NCBI GenBank assembly: GCA_000004695.1 | Contig: CM000153.2 | Coordinates: 3,232,001 to 3,296,000, forward strand | Direction of reading: 5' to 3' | Length of the DNA: 64,000 nucleotides | Origin: Dictyostelium discoideum | Lineage: Eukaryota | In this document: piece by piece, positions 51,531 through 63,759 of the stretch | Position numbering within the stretch: position 1 is the first letter of the stretch | Layout: each line of letters begins with the position of its first letter | Notes under the pieces: generated by a model | Told to the model about the DNA's origin: nothing | The model's input: only the letters and a program-made list of their open reading frames with translations | Databases searched by the model: none | Made by a program: the position numbers and the translations under genes

Positions 51531-51911
51531 TTATTTACAAATTTTCTTTTTTAATTTTTTTTTTTTTTTTTTTTTATTGATAAAACCTTTACATTTCTTT
51601 AAATAAAAACCATCATCTTCTTCAATTTCTTCAGCCCATTCAAAGATTGCCTCTTCAGAGATAACATCATTTTCATCACAAAAATCTTGAATTTTAAAGA
51701 TAAGATCTACCATACTATCTTCTCTTGAGAATTTAACCAACAATAAAACTGGTAAAATACTTGTTAAACAATCTAAACCATCTCTATCATAAGCGAATTT
51801 CAAACCATTGATTTCTAATTGAATATTCTCTAAAGGTAATTTCTCTATAATACCACGTCTAATTGTATCACCAACTTCACGATGAAATTTAACTGAATCA
51901 GGTTCAATTGG

Positions 51912-52007
<96 letters not shown>

Positions 52008-52217
52008 GTTGTTGTTGTTATTGTTATTGTTACAATTTGAACCTGTCATACAAATTACTTGAACACCTGGAAGATCATGCCATCTTGATGATTGAATATA
52101 TTCTTTAATTTGTGATGCATGTGCACAACAAAATACAAATATTTGTTGTACTCCTGATGCTGCTAAAAATTCTAATGTATAATCTAATAATGGTATATTA
52201 ACTAATGGTAATAATGT
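51531..52217 (-). CDS. eIF2B-epsilon-like mini-ORF. An N-terminal nucleotidyl-transferase-fold fragment of about 55 aa is joined through a roughly 40-residue poly-Asn tract directly to a C-terminal W2 (eIF4G/eIF5/eIF2Be) domain. The catalytic core and LbH regions are absent. It may be a pseudogene, an internally deleted paralogue, or a collapsed assembly.
   Basis: From the acceptor tttaaatag at 52219/18 the open frame reads [62 protein letters not shown]-(N)[49 protein letters not shown]..[24 protein letters not shown]. Both ends align to human EIF2B5 ([40 protein letters not shown]..SKW and [43 protein letters not shown]). No upstream coding exon could be found in the 190 bp before the divergent 52415 gene. 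Confidence 0.45.
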
Positions 52218-52315
52218 CTATTTAAAAAAAAAAAATAATATATTAGCATTTTAATCTTGAATTTCACCCCTCTAATTGGGTTGAGTGTTTTTGGATTTTA
52301 ATTTGAATTCCCGAG

Positions 52316-52385
<70 letters not shown>

Positions 52386-52414
52386 GCACACACAAACACT
52401 CTCATAAATGGAGA

Positions 52415-53075
52415 ATGATTCAAAACGCATTTTTATATTTAAAGATAATCATTCTGATAGTAATAACAAATAATGTAAACTCACAATTAATTGATATTTA
52501 TTTCAGTAATAGTTATGATGATTTAAATGGTAATGGCACCATATCAAACCCATATCAAAATTTATGTTTACTTAATCAAATTTTAAATTCAAATAATAAT
52601 AATAATAATAATAACGATAATATAAATAGTTCAATAATAATAATAAATATTGATTATGGTGATTACAATTTAAATTGTTCATCATTTTTAATAATAAATA
52701 ACTTTAATAATATTTCATTCATACCTTATAAATCAAATAATAATAATAATAATAATGAAATTGTAAATTTAAATAATATAACCACATTAAAGATACTTAA
52801 TTCAAATTTAGGATTTGATGGGTTAATAACAATAATAACGAATCAAATAGAGATTTCATATAGTAGAATCATATTCAACAATGGATCAAAACTTTATTTC
52901 AACATAGAAAGATATGAACATTCAACACACTTTCAATGCTCAAATATTACATTTTCAAATTCAACATTTCTTTTAAAAAGAGATGAAAACTACCTTGTAT
53001 CAGAATCTAGTTCATTCGAATTTTTAGATTCATCTTTAGAAAATATATCTTTAATATTTAATAATAACCTATATT

Positions 53076-53153
<78 letters not shown>

Positions 53154-56100
53154 GTATTGGTAATAGTAGTAGAATTAGTAGTGGTAGTAGTAGTAGTAGT
53201 TATTTTTTATCAATGTTTAATTGTAATGCAACATTGATTTATTTCAGGATGAATGGATTTGGAAATGTTTTAATTAATAATTCATTATTAAATGATATAT
53301 CAATTAGAATAGAAGGTAGTTTTATAGTTAATATTAATAGTTCAGATATTTATGCAACTTCATTAGATCCACTTTTCATGGTGGCGAATATGGATATAGA
53401 AAGATCACTTTTAAATATAATAAATTCAAATATTTACTATTTAAATGATTCTGAGTATCCTTTAGCAATTATAGTTAAAAATAGTTTACTAAATATAAGT
53501 GGTTGTAATATAAATGGAAACTTTAAAAGAATTTATCCTCAAGCATTAATAAATGTTGCTGGTACTCCTTCATCATCATCATCAAATGATAGTAGTAGTG
53601 GTAGTAGTAGTAGTAGTAGTTGTATAGATAATGAAGCTTTATTAATTTTAGAGAATTCAAAGATTTCAAATTTTAATTCACCAAATAAATTTATTTTTTC
53701 AATTTGTTCAACTATTTTTATAAATAATATTACATTTTATTCAAATTCATACTCAACATTTTTATATATTAATAGTAGTAGTATTGTTAATTTAGATAAT
53801 ATTATAATGAAATGTGATGATATGAATAGATTTGAATATTTATTTTTAGCACTACCATCATCGTCATCATCATCATCATCAAATATAACAATTAATAATG
53901 TTTATATGAGTTGTGTTGGTATGTTTGAATTTGAAAATTGTAGAATTGAAATTTCAAATTTTAGTTTAGAATCATTTTCAAAACCTTCAACTATTAGGCT
54001 AAGTCATTCAAGTGAATTAATAATTAGGAATGGTGTTTTTATTTCAAGTATATTCAAAATTAAATCTTTTATGTTTTATTTAGAGCAGAATAGTAGGTTG
54101 GTCATTATAAATTGTCAATTTATAGATAGCACTACCAATATTATTTTCTCAAGAAATTCAGAAACAGTTTTACAATATTCAAATTTTTCAAATATAATAC
54201 CATATGGTGGTGGCAGTGGTGGTGATACATTTAATTCAAATTCAATTTTCTACTTTTCAAAAAGTTTATTACAAATTGAAAATTGTAATTTTAATCAAAC
54301 TCAAACTTTATCATCCCTATTTTATATGGAATTTTCAGAGAATGTAATTATAAAATCAACAAGATTTGAAAGAGTTGGTGATACTATTTTAAAAAGTTAC
54401 TTTTCAAACAACAATATTATCATTGATGATATTTATGTAGTGAATTGTAGTACTACACAGAGTGAGTTATTCTTTTTAACGTTTAATGAAAATGTTGTAA
54501 TTGGAAATTCAACTTTTAAAAATAATCATGGTATTGGTTATACTTTATTTACTATTAATGGTTGTTTACATTTTGAAATTAGTAAAACAATGATTTCAGA
54601 TAACTCTTTCTCATCAATTTTTAAAGAATCAAATTCAAATGCCATTCTACTAAATTCAATAATCTCAAATGGTAATACAGTTGATGATTTTTATAAATCT
54701 TCAAATTGTTCTTCCCTTTCAATTGATACTTTTAATTTTACAAATAATTATGTTAATTCAATATTCACAATAAATAAAATCACATCCAAAATTCAACTTT
54801 CAAATATTATAATTACAAATAATTATTTCACTAAAATAATTACAAAATTTAATCAATCTATAGTTGAAATTAATAATTTAACATTTATAGACAACATATT
54901 AATTGCACCTCAAAAATATGATTTGGATGGTGGTGGTGGTAGTAGTGGAGGTGGTGGTGGTGGTGGTGGATTATTCTTTGAAAATTGTCAAGTTATTTCT
55001 AAAGGTTTACAAATTTTAAATAATGAAATTTCAGTTAATTTAATTAATTTAAATGATTCTATATTATTAATTTCAGATGGTTTATTTGAAAATAATCAAA
55101 TTTCATCAAATTTTATTCATTCTGATTTTTCAACTGTTGCTTTATTTAATACAAAGGTATTGCATAATCAAGGTGGTGATGGTGGTGGTTCAACTTTATT
55201 TGTTATTCATAATTCAAATATTAATATAAGTGATTGTGAATTCTCTTTTAATAATCTTTATAAAAATGGTATGGGTTCAATTATTAATTTTGATAAATAT
55301 TTAAATAAATTTACTTATTTTCAAATTGAAAATACTTTATTTTCTTTCAATATTGCTAAATTTGGTCAATTATACTTTTCAGGTTATCCAAATGATCAAG
55401 ATGCATTTACAAATAGTAAAAATACATTTTCAAATAATACATTAATTTCAAATCATGCATCTTCACAAGGTGGTGCTATCTTTACAGAAAATTTCATTTT
55501 CTCTTTAAATATTTCAAATATTTTAAATTCAAATCATTTCGATAATAATACTTCATTATGTGGTGATAATTTCTCTTCAAGTATGTATTATTGTTTTTAT
55601 TTTTATTTTTATTTTTATTTTTAATAATTCTAATTTTTTTTTATTTTTTTTTATTAGGTTTAAAAGAAATTATTTTCATAGAAACTAATGGTACATTTTT
55701 AGTAAATGGAGTTGGAACTATTATCAATTATAATGCAGTGGATTTTTATAATAATGTATTCACCACATTATCTTCACCAATTCAAATTAGTATTACAAGT
55801 TTATCAAATAATGAAACACTGGTATTCACTGAAATGATTATTGGTGGTAAAGGAAGTTTTTTACATACTTTTATAGGACCACTTTATGAAAGATTTAAAA
55901 TTGAATTAAATTCCATACCATACTATTCAAATGTTTATTTAACACTTGGTGGATGTTTACCATTTCAATATATGAATAATTTAACATGTGAATATTGTCC
56001 AATAGGTTCATCATATAGTAATTCAATAGGTCAATGTTTTAAATGTAATCCTAATGCAGTGACATGTGTTGGTTCATTTGTAAATGTAAATACTGGATAT

Positions 56101-57240
56101 TATATGATCGATAATGAAATCTCAATGGTTGAACGATGTGCAAACGATATGTGTCTCTCAAATAATCAATGTCAATTTAAATATAGTTCAGGAGATTTAT
56201 GTTTCAGTTGTTTAGATCCAGACTCATCAACACCAACATTCATAGCAGCTAAACATGGAATTAATTGTTGTTCCCAATTTAAAGTATGGTTAATTGTACC
56301 ATTATTATTATTATATTTAGTTTCAGCATTAGTTCTCTCAATAATCAAATTAAATTTATTCACAACAATAATTGGACCAATAATAGTATTCCTTCAAATT
56401 AATTCAGTAGTTTTCTTTTCTTATAATGGTATTTACATTTTAGCATTCTTTAGAGTATCATTAGATATTTTAGATGGAATTTGTATTTTCAAAGGATTAA
56501 ATCATGGAGATAAAACATTAATTATATTATTAATTATAATAATAATGTTTTTAATTTCTTCAAGTGATTGGCTTCCTTTATGGTTATTTAGAAAATTAAA
56601 TTCAAATTTTAAATTATACAATTATTTAAAAAGAAATTTAAAAAAGAATAGAAATTTAAAGAAATCATCATCAACAACTCAACTTAATTATTTTATTAGA
56701 TCAAGATGGCAATTATTTCAAATCTTTATTATTCCATTAATATTCAATTCATTTACATTGATAATACCAAAGAAAATTAAAGATCAAACATTATTATTAG
56801 TAGATTTTTCAATTTTATTTGGATCATGGCAGAGTATAATTCAAATTTTCATTTCAGTTTTAGTAATAATATCAGCAATGGTATTTTTAATATTAAAATA
56901 TCAATTTTACAGCAAGGGTAAACTAAAGTTGTGGAGTTTCATTATAATTTTAAGATCAGTTTTATTTTCAATTCTATCAATTACATCAATTTTTAGCGAT
57001 AATGAATTTTATATGCCATCGATTATTCTAATTCAAATAGTCTATTCAAGTATTTACTTGTATTTGAAACCTTTAAAAGAAAAAATTGATAATAGTAATT
57101 TTATAAATTTAATTCAAATAATTATCTTTCTTTTCGCAGATTCAAGATTATTCCAACCAATTTCTCCCCATTATCTTGGCTTAATTTTAACTATTTTAAT
57201 TATTATTTTAAATTTATTTATAATAATAAAAACCTTTTAA
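52415..57240 (+). CDS. Giant membrane protein, copy 1, about 1580 aa. It has a signal peptide, about 900 aa of parallel beta-helix (PbH1 / chlamydial Pmp-like) repeats, a Gly-rich hinge, a Cys-rich module and about 10 TM helices. Exons 52415..55580 and 55658..57240.
   Basis: MIQNAFLYLKIIILIVITNNVNSQ is a signal peptide. The body has repeated N-x-x-x-x-x-S/N-x-I-x-F beta-helix rungs (..NVYMSCVGMFEFENCRIEISNFSLES.., ..VIINCQFIDSTTNIIFSRNSETVLQYSNFSNI..). The hinge is GGGGSSGGGGGGGG. The Cys-rich module is CEYCPIGSSYSNSIGQCFKCNPNAVTCVGS..CANDMCLSNNQCQFKYSSGDLCFSCLDPDSS..INCC. A multi-TM block follows (WLIVPLLLLYLVSALVLSII.. and more). The intron at 55581..55657 has a TCAA|GTATGT donor and a ttattag acceptor, with phase 1 consistent. 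Confidence 0.8.
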
Positions 57241-57260
57241 ATTGTATTTGGCGGTTGCAG

Positions 57261-57296
<36 letters not shown>

Positions 57297-57381
57297 CAAA
57301 ATCTTTTTTTACTTTTTTTTTTTTTTTAATAAAAATCTTATTTTAAAAATAGTACTTTTAAAACAAATAAAAAGAAAGAAA

Positions 57382-57413
<32 letters not shown>

Positions 57414-57562
57414 TACGTGATCGCTGATTGGCTGGGCAAAAAATTAAAAAAAATCAAAATAAAAATGAAAATAAAAATGAAAATTCTCAAAAAAAAAAAA
57501 AAAAAAAATTGAAAACATAAACATTTTTATTCAAACCAAATTATTAGTTACATAAATGGAGA

Positions 57563-58256
57563 ATGATACATAATTTATATTTAAAGATAATCATTCTTTT
57601 ATTAATAATAAATAATAATGTAAACTCACAAATAATTGATATTTATTTCAGTAATAGTTATGGTGATTTAAATGGTAATGGCACCATATCAAACCCATAT
57701 CAAAATTTATGTTTACTTAATCAAATTTTAAATTCAAATAATAATAATAATAACGATAATAACGATAATAAAAATAATTCAATAATAATAATAAATATTG
57801 ATTATGGTGATTACAATTTAAATTGTTCATCATTTTTAATAATAAATAACTTTAATAATATTTCATTCATACCTTATAATTCAAATAATAATAATAATAA
57901 TAATAATGGAATTGTAAATTTAAATAATTTAACCACATTAAAGATACTTAATTCAAATGTTAAATTCGATGGGTTAATTAAAATCACAATAACAATTATA
58001 GAAAATGAAACGGAAATTATAAATAGTGATATATTATTGAATAATGGGGTAACTCTTTATTTTATCAAAAATTACCAACTAACCAACAGTGAATTTCAAT
58101 GTTCAAGTATTAAATTTTCAAATTCAAAATTTATTTCAAATTGGTCACAAAATGATGTATCTATTTATTTTAATTCAGATTCCAGCTTATTTGAATTTCA
58201 AAATTCTTTAGTAGAAAATGTATTTTTAAAATTTAATAATATAAAAAATTGTAGTA

Positions 58257-58287
<31 letters not shown>

Positions 58288-61200
58288 GAATGAAATTAAT
58301 TTTTTAACATTTAATAATAGTAATATCAAAGATTGTTATTTTGCAACTAGTGGTTTAAATTCAATTTTTAATAATTCTTTATTAGATGGTTTAAAAATGA
58401 ATATTGGAGCAAGTAGTATAGTAACAATTCTCAACTCTAAATTATATGCAAAACCAGATTCTATTTTAGGAACTTTTCTAATTACCAATGTTGATCAAAG
58501 TACAAAACCATCAGTTTTAAATATAGTTAATTCAAATATTTACCATTTACAAGATTCTCGTTATTCATTAATTATGCTATTTATAAATTCATTTGTAAAT
58601 ATTAGTGGTTGTACAATTGAAGGTAGGGAAACAATAGTTCAAACACCAATTGTATTAATTGGAATACCAAATAGTAGTGGTGGTGGTGGTAATAATAATA
58701 ATCAAGTGATACTAGTTTTAGAGAATTCAAAGATTTCAAATTTAATTTCACCAAAAGATTTTATCAATTCATTTAGTTCTACCGTTATTATAAATAATGT
58801 TCAATTTTATTCAAATTCATTTTCAACAATTATTTCATCAAGAGGGTCAACTTCTTTTAATCTTTATAATATCATTATTACATGTGATCAAAGGAATATA
58901 TTTACATCAATTATTAAAATGCCATCATCGGAAAATGATTTATATTCAAATTTGACATCTTTTATAGATTTTAATAATGTTTATATGGGTTGTGTTGGTG
59001 GATTTGAATTTCAAAATTCAAAAATCCAAATTTCAAATTTTAGATTAGAATCATCTTCAAAACCTTCAATATTTAGTTTAATTTTAAATAGTGAATTAAC
59101 AATTATTAATGCCACTTTTATTTCAAGTATATTTGATCAATCTCCTTCAATTTTTTATATTAATTCAAGTAAATTAACAGTTTTACAAAGTGAATTCAAA
59201 GATAGTACCAACTCTATTCTATCTTTATATGGTGGTTCAACAGCAACCTTTCAATCAACCAATTTTTCAAGTATAATAACCTATGAAAGAGTTCCAATTT
59301 TTAATAGTAGTTCAAGTTCATTATTTATTGAAAATTGTAGTTTTTTTGAAATTCAAACTTCAGTTTCATCATTATTCAATTGTTTTGATTGTGATAATTT
59401 AACTATAAAGAATTCAATATTTGAAAGAGTTGGTGATATCATTTTAGATTGTTTCAATACAAAACTAATAATTATTGATTCTATAAATGTTTCAAATTGT
59501 AGTTCACAAACAGGTTTATTCTATTTTTCAAATAATAGAAATGGTAGTAGTATTATCACAAATTCTTCATTTATAAATAATCATGGTATCGGTGTTACAC
59601 TATTTAATATATTTGAATCAAATTTTGAAATTAGTTCAACAGATTTAATAGATAACACATTTTTATCAATATTTGATGAATCATTTTCAAATGTAACAAT
59701 TGAACGCATTTACGTTACAGGTACAACTGGAATTTTTTATTCTGCTTTAAATTCAATATCGATTTTAGTTGATGGTTTAGATTTTAAAGATAATTATGTC
59801 ACCTCTGTATTTACTATTAATCAAGCTAATAAAATTGAATTTTCAAATATAGCAATTTATAAAAACTATTTCATAGATGGTGTAAATGTTATGATGATTA
59901 GTCTTTGTACATTGGAAATCAATAATTTTAATTTTATGGAAAATGTTTTAATTGCACCACCTAAATCAGAACAAACTAGTGGTGGCGGTAGTGGTGGTAG
60001 TGGTAGTGTTGGTGGAGGATTAATTTTTCAAAATTCTAATGTCATTTTCAATGATTTACAAATTTTAAAAAATGAAATTTCAGTTAATTTATTTAATTGT
60101 ATTAACAATACATTATTATCAATTACAGGTGGTTTATTTCAAAATAATAAAGTTTCATCAAGTTTTATTTTTTCTGAAATTTCAGTAATCAATTTAATTA
60201 GAACACATCTATTGCATAATCAAGGTGATAGTTCAACTTTATTAATGTTGTATGCTTCAAACATCAATGTGAATTATTGTGAATTCTCTTTTAATAATAT
60301 TTATCAAAATGGTAGTGGCTCAATATTAAATTTTAAAAGAAACTTGGAAACACACGAGTATTTAGGAAACTTTCAAATTGAAAATACTTTATTCTCTTTA
60401 AATATTGCTAAATTTGGTCAATTATACTTTTCAGGTTATCCAAATGATCAAGATGCATTTACAAATAGCAAAAATACATTTTCAAATAATACACTAATTT
60501 CAAATCATGCATCTTCACAAGGTGGTGCTATCTTTACAGAAAATTTCATTTTCTCTTTAAATATTTCAAATATTTTAAATTCAAATCATTTCGATAATAA
60601 TACTTCATTATGTGGTGATAATTTCTCTTCAAGTATGTATTATTATTATTTTATTTTTGTTCATTTTTTGGCCAATCTAACTTTTTTTTTATTTTTTTTA
60701 TTAGGTTTAAAAGAAATTATTTTCATAGAAACTAATGATACATTTTTAGTAAATGGAGTTGGAACTATTATCAATTATAACGCAGTGGATTTTTATAATA
60801 ATACATTAACAACATTATCTTCACCAATTCAAATTAGTATTACACGTTTATCAAATAATGAAATTCAAACTTATTCAGAAGCAATTTTAAGTGGTAAAGG
60901 AAGTTTTTTACATACTTTTATAGGACCACTTTATGAAAGATTTAAAATTGAATTGTATCTCAAACCATATTATTCAAATGTTTATTTAACACTTGGTAAA
61001 TGTTTACCATTTCAATATATGAATAATTTAACATGTGAATATTGTCCAATAGGTTCATCATATAGTAATTCAATAGGTCAATGTTTAAAATGTAATCCTA
61101 ATGCAGTGACATGTGTTGGTTCATTTGTAAATGTAAATACTGGATATTATATGATCGATAATGAAATTTCAATGGTTGAACGATGTGCAAACGATATGTG

Positions 61201-62374
61201 TCTTTCAAATAATCAATGTCAATTTAAATATAGTTCAGGAGATTTATGTTTCAGTTGTTTAGATCCAGACTCATCAACACCAACATTCATAGCAGCTAAA
61301 CATGGAATTAATTGCTGTTCCCAATTTAAAGAATGGTTAATTGTACCATTATTATTATTATATTTAGTTTCAGCATTAGTTCTCTCAATAATTAAATTAA
61401 ATTTATTCACAGAAACAACAATAATTGGACCAATAATAGTATTCCTTCAAATTAATTCAGTAGTTTTCTTTTCTTATAATGGTATTTACATTTTATCATT
61501 CTTTAGAGTATCATTAGATATTTTAGATGGAATTTGTATTTTCAAAGGATTAAATCATGGAAATAAAACATTAATTACACTATCAATAATAATAATAATG
61601 TTTTTAATTTCTTCAAGTGATTGGCTCCCTTTATGGTTATTTAGAAAATTAAATTCAAATTTTAAGTTATACAATTATTTAAAAAGAAATTTAAAAAAGT
61701 ATAGAAATTTAAAGAAATCATCAACAACTCAGTTTAATTACTTTATTAGATCAAGATGGCAATTATTTCAAATCTTTATTATACCATTAATATTCAATTC
61801 ATTTACATTGATAATACCAAAGAAAATTAAAGATCAAACATTATTATTAGTAGATTTTTCAATTTTATTTGGATCATGGCAGAGTATAATTCAAATTTTC
61901 ATTTCAGTTTTAATATTATCATTGGTAGTTTTAGTTATAATAATAAAACATTTCTATTACAGCAACAAAAAAAATCAATGGAATATTAATCTTAAGCAAA
62001 ATGGAAAGACATTATCTTTTAAAAGAATTTTATTAGTAGTTAAAACAATTTGTTTCATCTTTCTTTTAGGTTCATGGGATTTTATTATTATAAGATCATT
62101 TTTATTTTCAATTTTATCAATAGCTTTGATATTTAGCGATGGTAATTTATTTTTACCATCAATTATTTTAATACAAATCATTTATTCAATTATTCAATTT
62201 TTGTTGAATCCTTTCAAAAAAAAGGTTCATAATCTTATTAATTTAATCCAACTTATAATCTTTTTTTTTGCAGACTCAAGTTTATTCCACCCAATTACTC
62301 CTTTCGCTTTGGGATTAATGCTAACTATTTTAATTATTATTTCCCCTTTTTTTATAGCAATTGGAAATAAATAA
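57563..62374 (+). CDS. Giant beta-helix / multi-TM membrane protein, copy 2. It is a tandem paralogue of 52415..57240. Exons 57563..60632 and 60705..62374.
   Basis: It has the same architecture and a near-identical N-terminus (MIHNLYLKIIILLLIINNNVNSQIIDIYFSNSYGDLNGNGTISNPYQNLCLLNQILNSNNNNN). The equivalent intron is TCAA|GTATGT ... ttattag. In the ORF track it stays open because it lacks a stop, but the same donor and acceptor are conserved. The C-terminal TM block is about 98% identical to copy 1 at the nucleotide level over about 1.5 kb, while the central beta-helix region is diverged. Confidence 0.8.
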
Positions 62375-62413
62375 AAAAAAGTAATAAAAGAAATAAATAT
62401 TTTTTAAAAAGTT

Positions 62414-62475
<62 letters not shown>

Positions 62476-62536
62476 TTGGATGTTGCTTTTTTGCACATTT
62501 TTTAAATTTTTTTATCCCTTTGAATAAGCTAAGAGT

Positions 62537-63008
62537 TTATTTTATAAAACATAATTCACTAATTTCTAAATAATTTATATGGGTTTGATTTTGTTTTAAT
62601 CCTATTATATTAGCATCGCTATTTATATATTGATAAATTTTGCCTTGAAATTTTGGTTTTTCATGATAATGGCTTAAACAAGAATCAGTTTTAGGTTTTT
62701 TATAATCATAGAAATATAATTTTTCAAGTGATTTTGGAAGATTTGAAAAATCGATTTTATCTTTTTTAAATTTTAAATAAATATCTTTATAAGATAATTT
62801 TAGTTTTTTTAAAGTTTGTGGTAATTTATTTGTTTCTATTAAATCTTTAAATGTATTAAATGCTGTTTTTATTTCAAAAACATTTCTATCAGAATTTAAA
62901 AATGAAAGAGATGTTAATGATTTTGGTAAAAATAAAAGATCATTTTCAAAAGTCCATTGTATATTTAATTTAATTAAATTATCTGGAAATATTGATTTTA
63001 ATAATGAA

Positions 63009-63060
<52 letters not shown>

Positions 63061-63634
63061 TTTGAGATTTATATTGATTTAACTCATTTTTTAAAATGAA
63101 TCTATTAAAAATCAACAATGAAGATATGTAATAAAATGATTTATAATATTTAAAAAAATTTTCAACATAAATATTTAATTTAAATAATGATGGTGGAAAG
63201 AAGTTTATAATATTAATGTTTTTCTTTATCCAACAATAATTTGTTTGAATGATAAGAGTATGAAGTCCTTGGGGTAATGAATTTGAGCAGAATTTGAAAA
63301 TAATACCCCAACTTTTAATTTTAATTGCTGATATTTTTAATACTTTTAAACATTTTGGTAAATAATTTTTTTTTATTGTAAATTTGTCTCTTAAAATATT
63401 GTGAAAGTGAAGATATGTAATGTTTGTGTTATAAAAAAAATTAGAATTAAAATATCTTGATAATGGTGTAACTATTATTAGTTTCTCTAGTGATTTTGGA
63501 AATGAATTTTTTTTAATTATAACTGGTTGAATATCATAAATGTCTGGGGAACCAATTTCTAATTCTTTTAATTTTGGAGGAATAAAATTTTTTTTGAAAA
63601 TTGGGAAAAAACTACAACCAGTATTAAAACTCAA
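62537..63634 (-). CDS. Repeat protein with a periodic (L/F/I)P(K/Q)(S/T/C/G)L(K/T/E)xL(K/S/I)(F/L/I) motif. It is LRR/FNIP-like but lacks the FNQ core. Hypothetical.
   Basis: A 365-codon ORF from ATG 63634. It has recurring units LPKSLTSLSF, LPQTLKKLKL, LPKSLEKLYF, FPKSLEKLII, LPKCLKVLKI, LPQGLHTLII, FPPSLFKLNI, FPDNLIKLNI and IPPKLKELEI at about 22-28 aa spacing, plus a poly-N tract. Confidence 0.55.
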
Positions 63635-63759
63635 TTGAATTTTTTCGATTGTATTATTCTTTTTAAATATTTTTAATTTTCTATTTTTAAAATATTCTTT
63701 TTTTAAAAAAAAAAAAAAATATTAATAAAAATAAAAAACACCAAATAATTTATAAAAAT

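Noticed and set aside
56172-56363. 63-aa minus-strand ORF MNKFNLIIERTNAETKYNNNNGTINH.., also present at 61219..61410
   Set aside because: Its conservation between the two loci is explained by the near-identical sense-strand TM-domain coding sequence of the tandem paralogues. It is antisense to that CDS.
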